From Negaprion brevirostris (taxonomy: Eukaryota), in contig JARDVH010000193.1 of assembly GCA_030324005.1 (NCBI GenBank), positions 80,294,837-80,358,836 of the forward strand: a DNA stretch of 64,000 bases. The letters are read 5' to 3'. The notes under the pieces were generated by a model that worked only from the letters and a program-made list of their open reading frames with translations, was not told the DNA's origin and did not search any database. The translations under genes were made by a program, and so were the position numbers. Below are positions 1-11,429 of the stretch, piece after piece (the first letter of the stretch is position 1; each line of letters begins with the position of its first letter).

Positions 1-760
1 GTTTAGGGCACCTTTTCTAGCCCCTTCCTCATTCTACAGAGGTGAGCAGTGCATTCCTGAAGAGGACTGCTCAGTCGCCCAGGTAGACGCTGAGTTTCAC
101 TGCTGCTTCGGTCAGTGGGAAACGACCATTAGACCTGAGCCGCCTGCGTGCAGGTCTGTGACGACAGCTCCCAGTGTATCCACACCTGCTGCTTCGTCAC
201 TCGCCCATCGCCACAGGACTTCAAGGGTTGAACGGGACACTGATGATGATGGTGTTGAAACTAGCGCTTGATTTGGATTAAAGTGAGGGAGAGTTGCGCA
301 GCATCAGCCTCACTCTCTCTTCCCAGTTCCCATCTAAATCCGATGGCAAGACAAGAGTCAAGACGGCTGGAGGTGGGACTCGGCGCAATGGATGACTAGG
401 ACGTCTTCTGTGTCTTGTCCTGCTCTTCGCATTCCACGATGCTTGCAAAGACCGCCTTCTTGACCGTTGGACCTTCCATTGGTCTCTTCTGCTCAATCCA
501 CCACACTCTGTCTTCACATGCTGGGATAGACAACTCCCTATCTCACCGAGTGTTGAGACCCATTGGCTGCCCTCACCTGGTTTAGTCGGCTTGTTGAGGC
601 CGTTGCCCGGGGTGTGGCTGCTGTCGCGTGCAATCAGCTACAGGGAGCCACAGGTGAGGGCTAAGTGCCAGGTGGGGACAAAAGATGGACAAACCACCCT
701 GAAAGGACACGACATGTTCCCCCACCAAAGGTACTACCCCATACACGCCCTTTAACATAT
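1..760 (-). mobile_element. Probable 5' region/UTR of an RTE-like non-LTR retrotransposon (continues left of window)
   Basis: GC-rich, CpG-retaining block with an abrupt switch to AT-rich DNA at ~760. The minus strand starts GGGGTAGTACCTTTGGTGGGGGAACATGTCGTGTCC, recalled as similar to fish RTE 5' ends. No diagnostic ORF. Confidence 0.35.
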
Positions 761-829
761 TAATCAAAAGCTAGGTAGCTGTATTGCATGATTTTTTAAA
801 TTTATCTGAGAAGATTCCTCAGTGTGAAA

Positions 830-1535
830 TGATTCATTCTGGTAGAATGAATGGTGAAAGTGGAAACAAAATGGTACAATTTTAAAAGTGGTTGGGAAAC
901 AGAGAGACCCTGGGGTGTATATGTATTGAAGATGGCAGGAAAAAATTGGAATGTTGTTTAAGAGACATACAGGATCCACGGCCTTATAAGTGAAAGGCAT
1001 AAATGCATAAACAAGGAAATCATATTAAGCCTTAATTTAGGAAACTGATTAGATCCAGACGGAGTCCTGTGGCCAATCATAATTACCTCATTTAAGGATG
1101 AATGTTAAGAAGCTGCAGGGGAGATTTAATGGAAAGCTACCACGAATGAAATATTCCAGTCACAGGGAGAGATGAGAAAAATTGCAGTTGCTTTCCTTAT
1201 ATTAGTGAAGGTTAAGGGGAGTATTAATAGAGATGTTCAAAATCTTGAACAGTTTTGGTAATGCAAATGAAACTGCTTTCAGTGGTGGAAGGGTTAATAA
1301 CCAGTTGACAGAGATTTAAGATAATATGAAAAAAATAGAGGTAATGTGGGTTTTTTTAATGTAGCAAATTATGATCTGGAATGTACTGCTTGAAGGGCTG
1401 GTAGAAGCAGATCACTAATAATTGTCACAGGAAAACTGAAAGGGAAAAAAATTGCAGGGCCGTGGGTCAAGAACAGTGAAGTACCCGCACAGGCATAGTG
1501 AGCCAAAAGGCCTCCTTCTACACAGAATTATTTTA
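830..1535 (+). mobile_element. Degenerate CR1-like LINE 3' fragment
   Basis: Decayed CR1 ORF2 C-terminal pattern (gagagaccctggggtg...gagatgttcaaaatc...) ending in a CR1-type 3' UTR (gggccaaaaggcctccttc-like). Confidence 0.6.
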
Positions 1536-3240
1536 TGAAATTGCAAAATCTGAGCAGCCTCGAATTTTCACTTTGGACTTCATTGCAATCAAATTGGTGC
1601 TGTAGAGGGGGAAGAGAGCAGAAGGTATGTGCTTCAACTTTGTGCCATTGATAGTGAAATTTGACAATCTTGTGAGAATCTCAACCAGTTTATAAAAGCA
1701 TCAATCTTAGCTGGAGTACGAATGTAAGGAGATGGCAACGCTTTGCAGTGAGGAAAGCCCAATTGCACTGACTTTTAACAACACGATCAAAATTCTGATT
1801 TTTGAATGGATACTTGTCCAGGTGCTCTTGTACTTTTGTCAAATCCTGATTTTACAAGTGTCATCAACCCAATAGCAGCAGATTCCCTTTGAAATGAGAG
1901 CAAAGCTTCTTGTCAGGAATACTGGTGAGAAAATAAAAAAGACTTGAACTCAAATCTCAAACACACTTCATAGATATTAACTACTGTAAAGCATAGCTGA
2001 CTTTTTAAAATTAAATTATAGGATTTGGACATCATTGGCTGGACCAGCATTCATTGCCCATCCCTGTTTGCCCTTGAGAAGATGGTAGTGAGCTGCCTTC
2101 CGGAACCGGTGCAGACCTATATGCAGGCAAATACAGTCGTCATTTTTACAAAAGACACAATCAAAAATTAGTTACTTTGCATTTGGTATTGTTGATCTAG
2201 GGAATTTGGAGGATTCCACTCTTTTCCAAATAATGCAATAGAACCTTTAATGTCCACTTGAACAAGAGTGTAGCACTGTCTTACTACTGCAATTGAGTGT
2301 CACCCTGGATTATATATGTATTCATGGTCTGGTATCAGATTTGAACTCATAATCTTTTGACTCAGGGATAGAAGTACAACAACCAACTCAAGGTGAGTAC
2401 AAACTACATACCTGACAATTGTTGCAGCACTTAGTTTTCAGATGATTGCATGTGAATTTCCTCTCCAATATCTATTACCTCCATTTTTCTTGCAACCAAG
2501 GATGAGGTTCCTTATTTAAAATTTAGTTCGCTATTTCTATTCTCTATAAAGTCAAATTATTGTCAGCAGACAGTTTCAAAAATACTACATTAAGTTCATT
2601 TAATCAGAGACACAAAATAGGCACAAGTGGAAGGAAAATAACTTCCTCCTATAATTTCTTCAAATATCAATTTAATGAGCAGTGAACTATCTCTTCAATG
2701 TACTTAACCTAGGCAAACATTGAGCTCCACTACCCGATGTATTATTTAAGATTATATTTTTTGTTCAGAGTTCTGCTTACAATAGGTTTTGAGCACTTGA
2801 TTAAGACTTCTCATGGTCAGAATGAAACTCTTGAAACCCTGATTGCTTTCAGGAGTATCACAGAATTCAATCAGACAATTTTATAACACATCTTACCTGT
2901 GCTTACACATTGAAAGAGCTATCTAATTAGACACACTTCTGTTCTTCCCCAGAGCCCTGCAATTTTATTTCCTTCGAGCGTTCATCCAATTTGCAATTGA
3001 AAGTTACTTCCCCCACCCTTTCAGGCACTGTTTTCCCAATCATAATTATTCAATGCATAAAAACATTTTTCCTCATTCACCTCAATCTTTTGCTAATTAC
3101 CTTAAATTTGAGTCCTCTGGCAACCTCCCCTTCAAGCAGTGGGAACAGTTTCTCCTTATTCGCTCTGTCAAAACCATTCATGGTTTTGGAAAGGAGATTC
3201 CCAGAATTTCATTTTCCCTGAATTGACCTAAGTATGTTTT

Positions 3241-3338
3241 AAAAACACCAGGTTAAAGTCCAAGCTTTTGGAGTGTTGCCCTTCATTGGGTGAGTGAAGA
3301 GTTCAGTTCACAAACAGGGCATATATGGACACAACTCA
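3241..3338 (-). mobile_element. Penelope-like element terminal fragment (inverted relative to 4088-4545)
   Basis: Approximate reverse complement of ~4370-4490 (caccaggttaaagtccaa...cacaaacagggcatatat...acacaactca). Confidence 0.65.
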
Positions 3339-3986
3339 GTTGATGTTGTTTACATGGACTTTAGCAAGACCTTTGACAAGGTACCGCATGGTAGGTTGTT
3401 GTATAAGGTTCAATATCACGGGATAAAGGGTGAGAAATCAAAATGGATACAAAATTGGCTTCTTGACAGAAACCAGAGGGTAGTTGTAGAGGGTTATTTT
3501 TTCAAACTGGAGGCCTGTGACCAGTGGTATGCCTCAGGGGTCAGTGCTGGGTCCACTGTTAATTTGTCATTTATATTAATGATTTGGATGAGAATATAGG
3601 AAGCAATGTTAGTAAGTTGCAGATGATACTAAGATTGGTGGCATAGTGAACAGTGAAGAAAGTTATCTCCAATTGCAACGAGATCTTGATCAATTGGCCA
3701 GTGGGCTGATGAATAGCAGATGGAGTTTAATTTAGAGAAATGCGAGGTGATGCATTTTCGTAGATTGAACCACGGCAGGACTTACTCAGTTAATGGTAGG
3801 GCATGAGGGAGAGTTACAGAACAAAGAGATCTAGGAGTACATATTCATAGCTCCTTGAAAGTGGAGTCACAGGTGAACAGAGTGGTGAAGAAAGCAGTCG
3901 GCATGCTTTGTTTCATTGGTCAGAACATTGAATACAGGAGTTGGGATGTCTTGTTGAAGTTGTGCAAGACATTGGTAAGGCCACAC
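3339..3986 (+). mobile_element. CR1 LINE ORF2 reverse-transcriptase fragment
   Basis: Translates to VDVVYMDFSKTFDKVPHGRL...WIQNWL and VNRVVKKAVGMLCFI...LVRPH, with frameshifts. Confidence 0.9.
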
Positions 3987-4087
3987 NNNNNNNNNNNNNN
4001 NNNNNNNNNNNNNNNNNNNNNNNNNNNNNNNNNNNNNNNNNNNNNNNNNNNNNNNNNNNNNNNNNNNNNNNNNNNNNNNNNNNNNNA

Positions 4088-4545
4088 GCATTCTCCGAGG
4101 CAGCCTTCACGACATACTACAGCGCAGAATCGCTGAGCAGAGACTGATAGCCAAGTTCCGCACACATGAGGACAGCCGCAACTTGGGTTCATGTCACATT
4201 ATTTGTAACCCCCACAACTTGCCTGGGTTTACAAAATCTCGTGAACTGTCCTGGCTGGAGACAATTCACATCTCTTCAACCTGTGCTTAACCCTCTCTCC
4301 AATCACATTGTCTGCATCTGTAAAGACTTGATTACCTGTTAAGACTCACATTCCAACCATTATCTTATAATTGAGTTTGTGTCTATATATGCCCTGTTCG
4401 TGAACTGAAATCTTCACTCACCTGATGAAGGAGCAGTACTCTGAAAGCTTGTGCTACCAAATAATCCTGTTGAACTTTAACTTGGCATTGTAAGACTACT
4501 TACTGTGCCTATCCCAGTCCAACGCTGACAACTCCACATCACGAC
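4088..4545 (+). mobile_element. Penelope-like element 3' end (GIY-YIG C-terminus plus pseudo-LTR)
   Basis: Encodes ...QRRIAEQRLIAKFRTHED..., followed by the ctgatgaagg...gaaagctt...ccaaataa.cctgttg.actttaac terminal motif. Confidence 0.8.
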
Positions 4546-6706
4546 TTTTTTTAAAAACACCTTTTTTGCCTCTCCTAGGATATTTTACCAGTGCTAAGGT
4601 TGGGGATCTTGAAAGCTCATGATGCTTAGTTGTAACATGATTACAAGGGATCGGCTCAGTTGAGCAGCTGGTATTTTGTCAGTTTTGTACGTTTGTATTC
4701 AAGTCAGCTTTGCTAAATTGATAATACTGTTTCCTTTTCGATTAGAAGGTTCTGAGTTTGAGCTCTACACAGGATTTGCAAGCATAAACTGGTAATGTAC
4801 TTCAGAACAGATGTTTAACTCAGGTTTTGTCCAGACAGATGTTAAGATACCATGCCCCTCTTGAAAACAGACTAACATGTTCACCTCGTGACGTAACTAA
4901 CATTATTTGATTAACCAGTATCACAAAACAAAATCCTTTGTTTTTAGATAATGCTGTGTTTGCCAACATGATAGCAGTCACTGTCCTTCAAAACATTAAA
5001 ACATACGTATAAAAAAGGATCCAGAAATTCTAAAAGTACCATTGTGTCATCAGAACTGAGATGCAGTGGGATTGTCACCTACCTTGAGGCGTGTCATCTG
5101 TACTGTAAATTGTGGGATCAGACAATTTAAATATGCATGATAAATATGCTTACTAAATACAGATTGCAACATTTCAATGAATCCAGGAGTTGGAAAACTA
5201 AGCAAGAGGCAGAATTAGGTTCAGAATTCACCATAAAGCTGGAATAATTGTGATGAAGAATGGGGATGGGAGGGAGATGTAGATCAGGAAGATGGTGATT
5301 ACAAAGGGTGATGCAGGGAAGTAGATAACTGATGCACCGACAAGTTATCAAACATGCTGTTGTTTAAGAGTTCTGGCACCACTTGAGAAATCAGGCAACC
5401 TAGGTCACAAACGTGGCAGGGTAGGTCAAAGGAATGAGCATCAAACTTCAGTGAGTTATTGTTCTTCTGACAGAGATGTAGGTGCAAGAGGAATATTTCT
5501 TTATGGACCGGATACTTGGGATATGCGGAGAATGTGGTGCACATTTTGTGAAGAGATGGCTGTAACTGTGAATGCCACCTCTTTGAATCCTAGGGCTCTT
5601 TTGCAAGTGCACAAAATAGTTGAAGGAACTCAACAGAATGGACAAGAGAAATTGCTTGCTTCCCTAAATTTTCTTTACAGTGTCTTTGTATGTGCCATAC
5701 TCCTTCATACGTTACCCTCACAGTGTCAGAGAAATCAGAAGTGAAGCAAGATTTGATGGTGAGAACGGCAGAGTCTCTGCAGTCACAGGCTTCTGGGTTC
5801 CTAGCACTCCCTATTCTCCAAGATTCAGCTGTAAAAATGTTAAATAAAAGGTGTTCAATAAGTATTGCACCCACACTGAGTCACCGATTACCGTGTTCAA
5901 GGTCCAAAAAAAGGAGCTTGGCACAACATTGCCCAATGTTATCCTCAGTACCAATATTCAGGATGGATCCAACATCATAGAGTTCTCCTGGTAAAAGTCA
6001 TGAAACCACGAATGTGCATGCATGTAACTCCTGAGGTAGAGTTCTTTAGGCTAGTCAGTGAATCAACAATGGATAATTACTGGTCTTCAAGCCTTGAGGA
6101 CCATTTGTAATGATTGATGAAAAGCAGCCCCCAAAACTTCCAGTTGATCATCATTCAGGGTCTTCAGGACTCTGATGCTATCCGGTCTTCTCTGATGGTG
6201 ATCACTGAGCACTCAAAATTCACCTTCATGGTACTGTTCTTGTTCCAAGTGACACCTCCAGTGAGACTCCTTAGATCCTTGCTCATGTACGCGTCAAGAT
6301 TCAAAACAAGCTGTTGATATACCTGCAGTGGTGATGCAGCCTGCTGCAGTGTCCCCATAAATCACAGAAGCTGTGTTTAATTTCTAAAAAATCTTTACTT
6401 TTTCACAAGGCCCATTCCAACATAATGCATCAGGTCATTTTGTACTTATAAATCAGATACAAGCTTTGAATAGAATTTAATAAGAATTTGATACATTCAA
6501 GAGTCTAAAAATGAATAACTGACGTCCATGTTGGTGAAATATCTCAGGCCTCATGTCAAGGCGGTGTTTCATCACGAGGCTTTCCATTTTCATTATTTGT
6601 GGTTCAGTGCACAATCACCACCCTAAAACAGTGATTTACCAGAGGAAAATACCTGTTGATGCTGTGTCTTGGCATGCGCTAGTATATTTTATACCACTTT
6701 ACTATA

Positions 6707-6785
6707 ACTGATGAAGGAGCAGCACTCCAAAAGCTCCAAATAAACCTGTTGGACTTTAACCTGGTGTTGTGAGACTTCTTACTTT
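6707..6785 (+). mobile_element. Penelope pseudo-LTR fragment
   Basis: ctgatgaaggagcagcactccaaaagctccaaataaacctgttggactttaacctggtgttgtgagacttcttact matches 4422-4505. Confidence 0.7.
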
Positions 6786-7566
6786 ACAATGTAACTACAA
6801 TATTGTCAATACACTTACATTTAAGTTCATCTGCTTAAAATGCCAACGGGTATCCATCAATCTCTTGGTCCATTTAATCACATTAGTGATGCCAACTGTG
6901 ATTAAATGCTTCCTGGAAGTTCCATCATCGTGTCTTAATCCCCTTCCCTGCCTCCACTCTCTTGTCACTAGTCAAACAACACACCCATTCTTGTGATGCC
7001 TTCTATGCCAATTGGAAAGCAAAGAGACTCATTACACAATTGGATGATGCACGACTGTAAGCCAAACAGCCTTTCTTCCCATTTTCAATATCTTTATATC
7101 TGGTGGATAAATGGTCAAAGAAAATGGCAAAAAAAACTTTTTTAATGACCCAGTGATTTTTCTACCAGTTTGTGCACAGCAGTATCCTGGAGATTGACCT
7201 TCAAATCTTAGAGACTCCAGACCAGTCTTGAAGGGCTGGTAACCCTGGATCACATTCACCAAGGATGCCAAGCTAAGTCAATATGGTTATATCCTCAACA
7301 AGCCTCAAAGGATTAGCTACCTGGAGATTGATGTAAGGAGTCTTTTGAGGAGCATAAATAGAGGCACCGACCAACCCACTGGCCTGCTTCTGTGAAGTAG
7401 ATGCTATGTAATACCATATAGCCAAGAATATGAATATGACATTTTTGATAACTTTTTACCAGATTCACCTGAGAAAGGCCCTTCCTCCAGACCTTTTTGT
7501 GCGTCCAGAGGAAAAATTTTACCCAGCCCAGCCCAACACTACAGGGTTGTGAATTTCAAATTAGGC

Positions 7567-7641
7567 TGGCATGCTGGCACAGTGCTTAGCACTGCTGCCT
7601 TGCAGCACCAGGGACTTGTGTTCAATTCCAGTCTCAGGTCA
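7567..7641 (+). mobile_element. tRNA-derived V-SINE (HE1-like) 5' head; remainder at 11430-11640
   Basis: ggcacagtgcttagcactgctgcct...ttcaattcc (Pol III A/B-box head), similar to the copy at 26500-26673; stops at TCAGGTCA. Confidence 0.8.
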
Positions 7642-7930
7642 AGTCAAATCAAATCCAATTCAGAGTCCCAACAAGTTGGAACATTCCCGATCCAAGCTGA
7701 CAAGACAGGGCTCTCACCACCCATCTTGGGCTTGATCTACATGATCCAAGCTGATTGGAGTAGGTATAGCTCCTCCTCCAAGGCTTGATCTTATTTGCAT
7801 CTTAGCCAAAAGGCCGAGATACCTCTTTAAAGAATTGCTTCAAATGAAGCTAAAATGTAACCTAATCACTTCAACCAAGCGCAGCATGTCGATACTACAC
7901 TTCATCTTAGCCAAAAGGCTGAGAAGCGAT
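7642..7930 (-). mobile_element. U2 snRNA-headed short retroposon (SINEU-like), copy 1
   Basis: Minus strand 7930-7891 = ATCGCTTCTCAGCCTTTTGGCTAAGATGAAGTGTAGTATC, 38/40 to vertebrate U2 nt 1-40 as recalled. Internal U2 nt 7-27 copy at 7799-7819. Ends in a (GATTT)n-like tail at 7642-7660. Confidence 0.75.
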
Positions 7931-8799
7931 TAGCACATCATTCAGTAGCCTCAATATCCATTGCAGCCAGCCAAAGCTACAGGCAATCTCAAAAGAATTA
8001 AATGCTTTTAAGTTCCTCTTTGTGTAAATATTGTGGTTAGAACAATGGGGTGGCTCAGTGCTTAAGGTTCATTCAAATATGAAGGGAAAAGTAAACAAAC
8101 ACAGCCAACTGGAGGCTGAGTGAAAATGATTAAGCTGTCAGTCAAAGGAGAGATTTTAAGGACTGGAATGAAGGTGAATGGAATCAAAGGTATATAGATG
8201 ATTTGAAGATATTTCAAATGTTCTTAGTTTTCTATGAAGCATCAGTGACTTGAAATAAATGCAGTGTTAAAACAATGGGGCTAAATGTGCCACTGTGGAG
8301 AAGTGGCAAGATCCAATCACGTGATCTTCATCCCAGGGTAGAATGGTGTGGTCAACATTTTGCCCCCAATCCAAGCCCATCAATTTCCCCCAGGACCCGA
8401 AGGGACCCATCATTTGCAGCCTGGCAGCAGCAGACAGGCACGGGACCTATACCTCCTTTTCCCTTCCCTCTTGGGGTCCAAGGCACCAGGTCAGGGCGTT
8501 AGCAAAGAATTTTGGGAGCTCTCTTTCCAAACAGATGGAAATTTTCTAAATGGGAAAGAACAAATAGGAAGGTCTGTGTTTGGGCAGAGGGCAAGAGTGA
8601 TTCAATGACTTATGGAAATACTTCCCCATTTCGTTCCGAATCCATCTGATCAGCACAATTATCAATACAATTAGCAAACAATTCTTTATTGAGGCTTTTT
8701 AATGATTGTGAAGAATAAATTTTCCCTAAAATTTCACTCACTCATACGTTAATTTGAACATTTATAATTCCATAACTTTTATACATGGTGATACTTTAC

Positions 8800-9002
8800 A
8801 TGATTATTTTGTTGTTAGTCATTGAATGGTTTCAAGAAGGAGATAGATATATTTCTATTAAAAAAAGGGATAAGGGGATATGGGGGATAGGTGGGGAGGT
8901 GGATTTGAGACCAGGCAGAGATCAGCCATGATCTGATCGAGTAGCTGAGCAGGGTCCAAGGGCCAAATTTAGGTACTTCTGCTGCTAATTCCTATGTTCC
9001 TA
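8800..9002 (+). mobile_element. CR1 LINE 3' UTR fragment
   Basis: ttcaagaaggagatagat...agatcagccatgatct...cctatgttcct 3' end. Confidence 0.65.
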
Positions 9003-9164
9003 ATTTCTTAGCCACAGTTGGTTATAAACAATTTCTTGTATGAGAGCATGGACACAACCTAATCCTGAGGTTCTACTCTCTCATTGTGTGATCAGGCATT
9101 AGGAGACAAATGGGAGGCACCTATATTTATCAGACTGAATTTCATTGTTTCTCATTTACAGGGA

Positions 9165-9510
9165 CGCAATGGTGTGGTGTTTTTTTGTCACTAGATGAGT
9201 AATTCAGAGACCCAGGGTAATGGACTAGGGACCCATGTTCAAAACCACAATGGTCATGGTGAATTTGTATTCAATAAAAATCTGGAATGGAAAGTCCAAT
9301 GATGACCATGAAACCGTTGTGGTAAAACCCCAGCTGGTTTTCTAATGTAATTTAGGGAAGAAAACCTTCCAGCCTTACCTGGTCTTGACTGCATGTGGCT
9401 CCAGATCCACAGCAATGTTGTTGACTCTTAAATACCCTCTGGAATGGGTGAACCAACCACTCAATTGATGGGCAATAAATGTTGGTTCAGCCAGTAATGC
9501 CCATTTTCCC
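9165..9510 (+). mobile_element. tRNA-derived SINE (second shark SINE family)
   Basis: Head ...gtcactagatgagtaattcagagaccc...gttcaaaaccac and tail gatgggcaataaatgttgg; homologous to 21703-22045 and 12195-12385. Confidence 0.75.
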
Positions 9511-10359
9511 CAAATATACTTTAAAATAAATTGCAGCATCCATAGTACAAATCCACTTTGAAATATTTTCAGATTAGCACACAGTGCATGACTGAGTCAA
9601 TGCCCGTCCCAACCCTTATAAAACTATGACTTCGAAAGTTAGCACTTGCAAATAAAATAAGACACACTGAGGCTAGGAATTATTGAAATTACACCTTGCA
9701 ATATAAACTAATTCAGCTATATAAAAATATCAACACAAGATGTATCCAGAATAAAATCAACTCATGTTTCCAAGTTTACATTGATCATTAGTACAGACAT
9801 GATGGGCCAAAAGATCTGTCATTCATTCCATGATCGTAAATCAGGGTCAGAGTTCAGGGTCTGTATTTGGGCAACTTTTCTATTTCCAGTCACCTGATGT
9901 GGATTTAGTTCTTCAATATCTAACAAGAGACAAAAATTCATGTGAAATAAAATCCTTCAGGAACAAATATTGGATTTAAGTGATGGATAAAGTTGAAATT
10001 GAATAAAGACATTTTTACAAAATGGGCACAGTAACTGAACTTGACCGACAGAAAACTGATTCATCGTTAATGAGATCATTTCAACAGATAAAGGGTCTGT
10101 ACTTTCCCAGGTCTGAAGAGGTGGATTTGGAATAAGTTCAGCAAGGAAAAATGATTCATTCACAAAAACACGTTTGCCGGAATTCTCATGTCCCACACAC
10201 CCTGTTACCACTGCCAGCACAAATGGAGAACTTAGCGCTCAGTCTTATCCTGATTCAGCAGCAGAACAAGAGAATCCCAGCCACGGGTGAGGTTGGAGAA
10301 ACCGGCCCTTTATATTTTAAATATCCGACTCCAAACTCTTCCCATCTCTTCAGTGAAGA

Positions 10360-10431
10360 TTATTTATGTTGTGCTTGTGCTATTTCTGCATAGATGACAG
10401 ATGAAGCATCTTCTTTTAAAGGAACCATTTC
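10360..10431 (-). CDS. Putative terminal coding exon of an ITIM-bearing receptor cytoplasmic tail (EMVPLKEDASSVIYAEIAQAQHK*)
   Basis: Acceptor tctctcttacAG at 10432+, phase 0, stop TAA at 10360-10362; V-I-Y-A-E-I fits the ITIM consensus. Confidence 0.55.
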   Translation of the reverse strand, partial: EMVPLKEDASSVIYAEIAQAQHK

Positions 10432-10560
10432 CTGTAAGAGAGACATTAACTTAAAATAATGGAATTGATTATTGCATCTTATTACATCAGACAATTTTTC
10501 AAATGTTTCAGACATTGATGTTATGGGTGTGATTTCACAACTAGAAATCAAGATACTTAC

Positions 10561-10610
10561 AATATCTGAAGATTGTTTGTTATACTGTCTACTGTCTGCC
10601 TGTCGACTTC
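10561..10610 (-). CDS. Putative penultimate exon (50 bp, SRQADSRQYNKQSSDI) of the same receptor
   Basis: Acceptor ttttgattatcacAG and perfect donor GTAAGT (plus acttac 10555-10560); phase 1 in, phase 0 out; joins in frame to 10360-10431. Confidence 0.55.
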
Positions 10611-10875
10611 CTGTGATAATCAAAAGTATCAAAATTAAAAATAATATTGACTGAAAAATATGACAATTAGCATAATAACATCCTCAACTGACTGCATTCA
10701 CTAATACAGCCAATGGATCAGCATGACATTGATGAACAGTGAAGACAGGTTTGATTTGGAGGACTCACATGCATAATAAGCACAGCATTTACACAATGGG
10801 CCACAAGGAACATCATAGATTAACCAAGACCATTCCACTTTTGTTGGGAGATTGCATGAGCCAGTGGTGGCTCAC

Positions 10876-10968
10876 TCAGGATGCTGCTGAAAGTGGGTGT
10901 TTTGTATGAATTGTTGGAAGAAAGTGAATCTGGAGGTAGTGGGAGCTGCTCCTTCAGCCTTATTTCCT
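10876..10968 (-). CDS. Possible further upstream exon (93 bp, phase 1-1; EIRLKEQLPLPPDSLSSNNSYKTPTFSSIL)
   Basis: Acceptor gattcAG after a pyrimidine tract, donor GTGAG; frame compatible with 10561-10610; weaker signals. Confidence 0.3.
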
Positions 10969-11290
10969 CTGAATCAACTCGGGCACAATAAAAGGAATGA
11001 AAATCAAGTGTCAAAGATTGCCACCCCTTTCCCCATCATGAATGCCAAGTAACAGGTGTCACCTACATCCCCAGAGGAAACTTAACTTTACTAAGATCAA
11101 TTTGGGATGAATCTTCATAGTGTCTTTACATCTTTATGACATGCAAAGGAAATTAATACTTTTAAAGTTTAATCCCTGTGCGAGTAACATNNNNNNNNNN
11201 NNNNNNNNNNNNNNNNNNNNNNNNNNNNNNNNNNNNNNNNNNNNNNNNNNNNNNNNNNNNNNNNNNNNNNNNNNNNNNNNNNNNNNNNNN

Positions 11291-11429
11291 AATTGCTTCA
11301 AATGAAGCTGAAATGTAACCTAATGACTTCAACCAAGTGCAGCATGTCGATACTACACTTGATCTTAAACAAAAGGCTGAGAAGTGCCAAGCAATTTCAT
11401 GGTAAGCAAGTCTGGTAAATTTTCCAGAA
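11291..11429 (-). mobile_element. U2 snRNA-headed retroposon, copy 2 (3' part lost in N gap)
   Basis: 11291-11384 aligns without gaps to 7833-7926 with 6 differences; U2-like segment at 11349-11386. Confidence 0.7.

Noticed and set aside
5100-6400. Cluster of short overlapping ORFs (possible gene or decayed transposon ORF)
   Set aside because: No recognisable protein motif or consistent splice structure; could not be assigned.
7891-7930. Functional U2 snRNA gene
   Set aside because: Only nt 1-40 match; no Sm site or 3' stem-loops; embedded in a repeated element.
9957-10220. 87-aa minus-strand ORF
   Set aside because: Lies past the stop codon of the putative ITIM exon (likely 3' UTR); no homology recognised.
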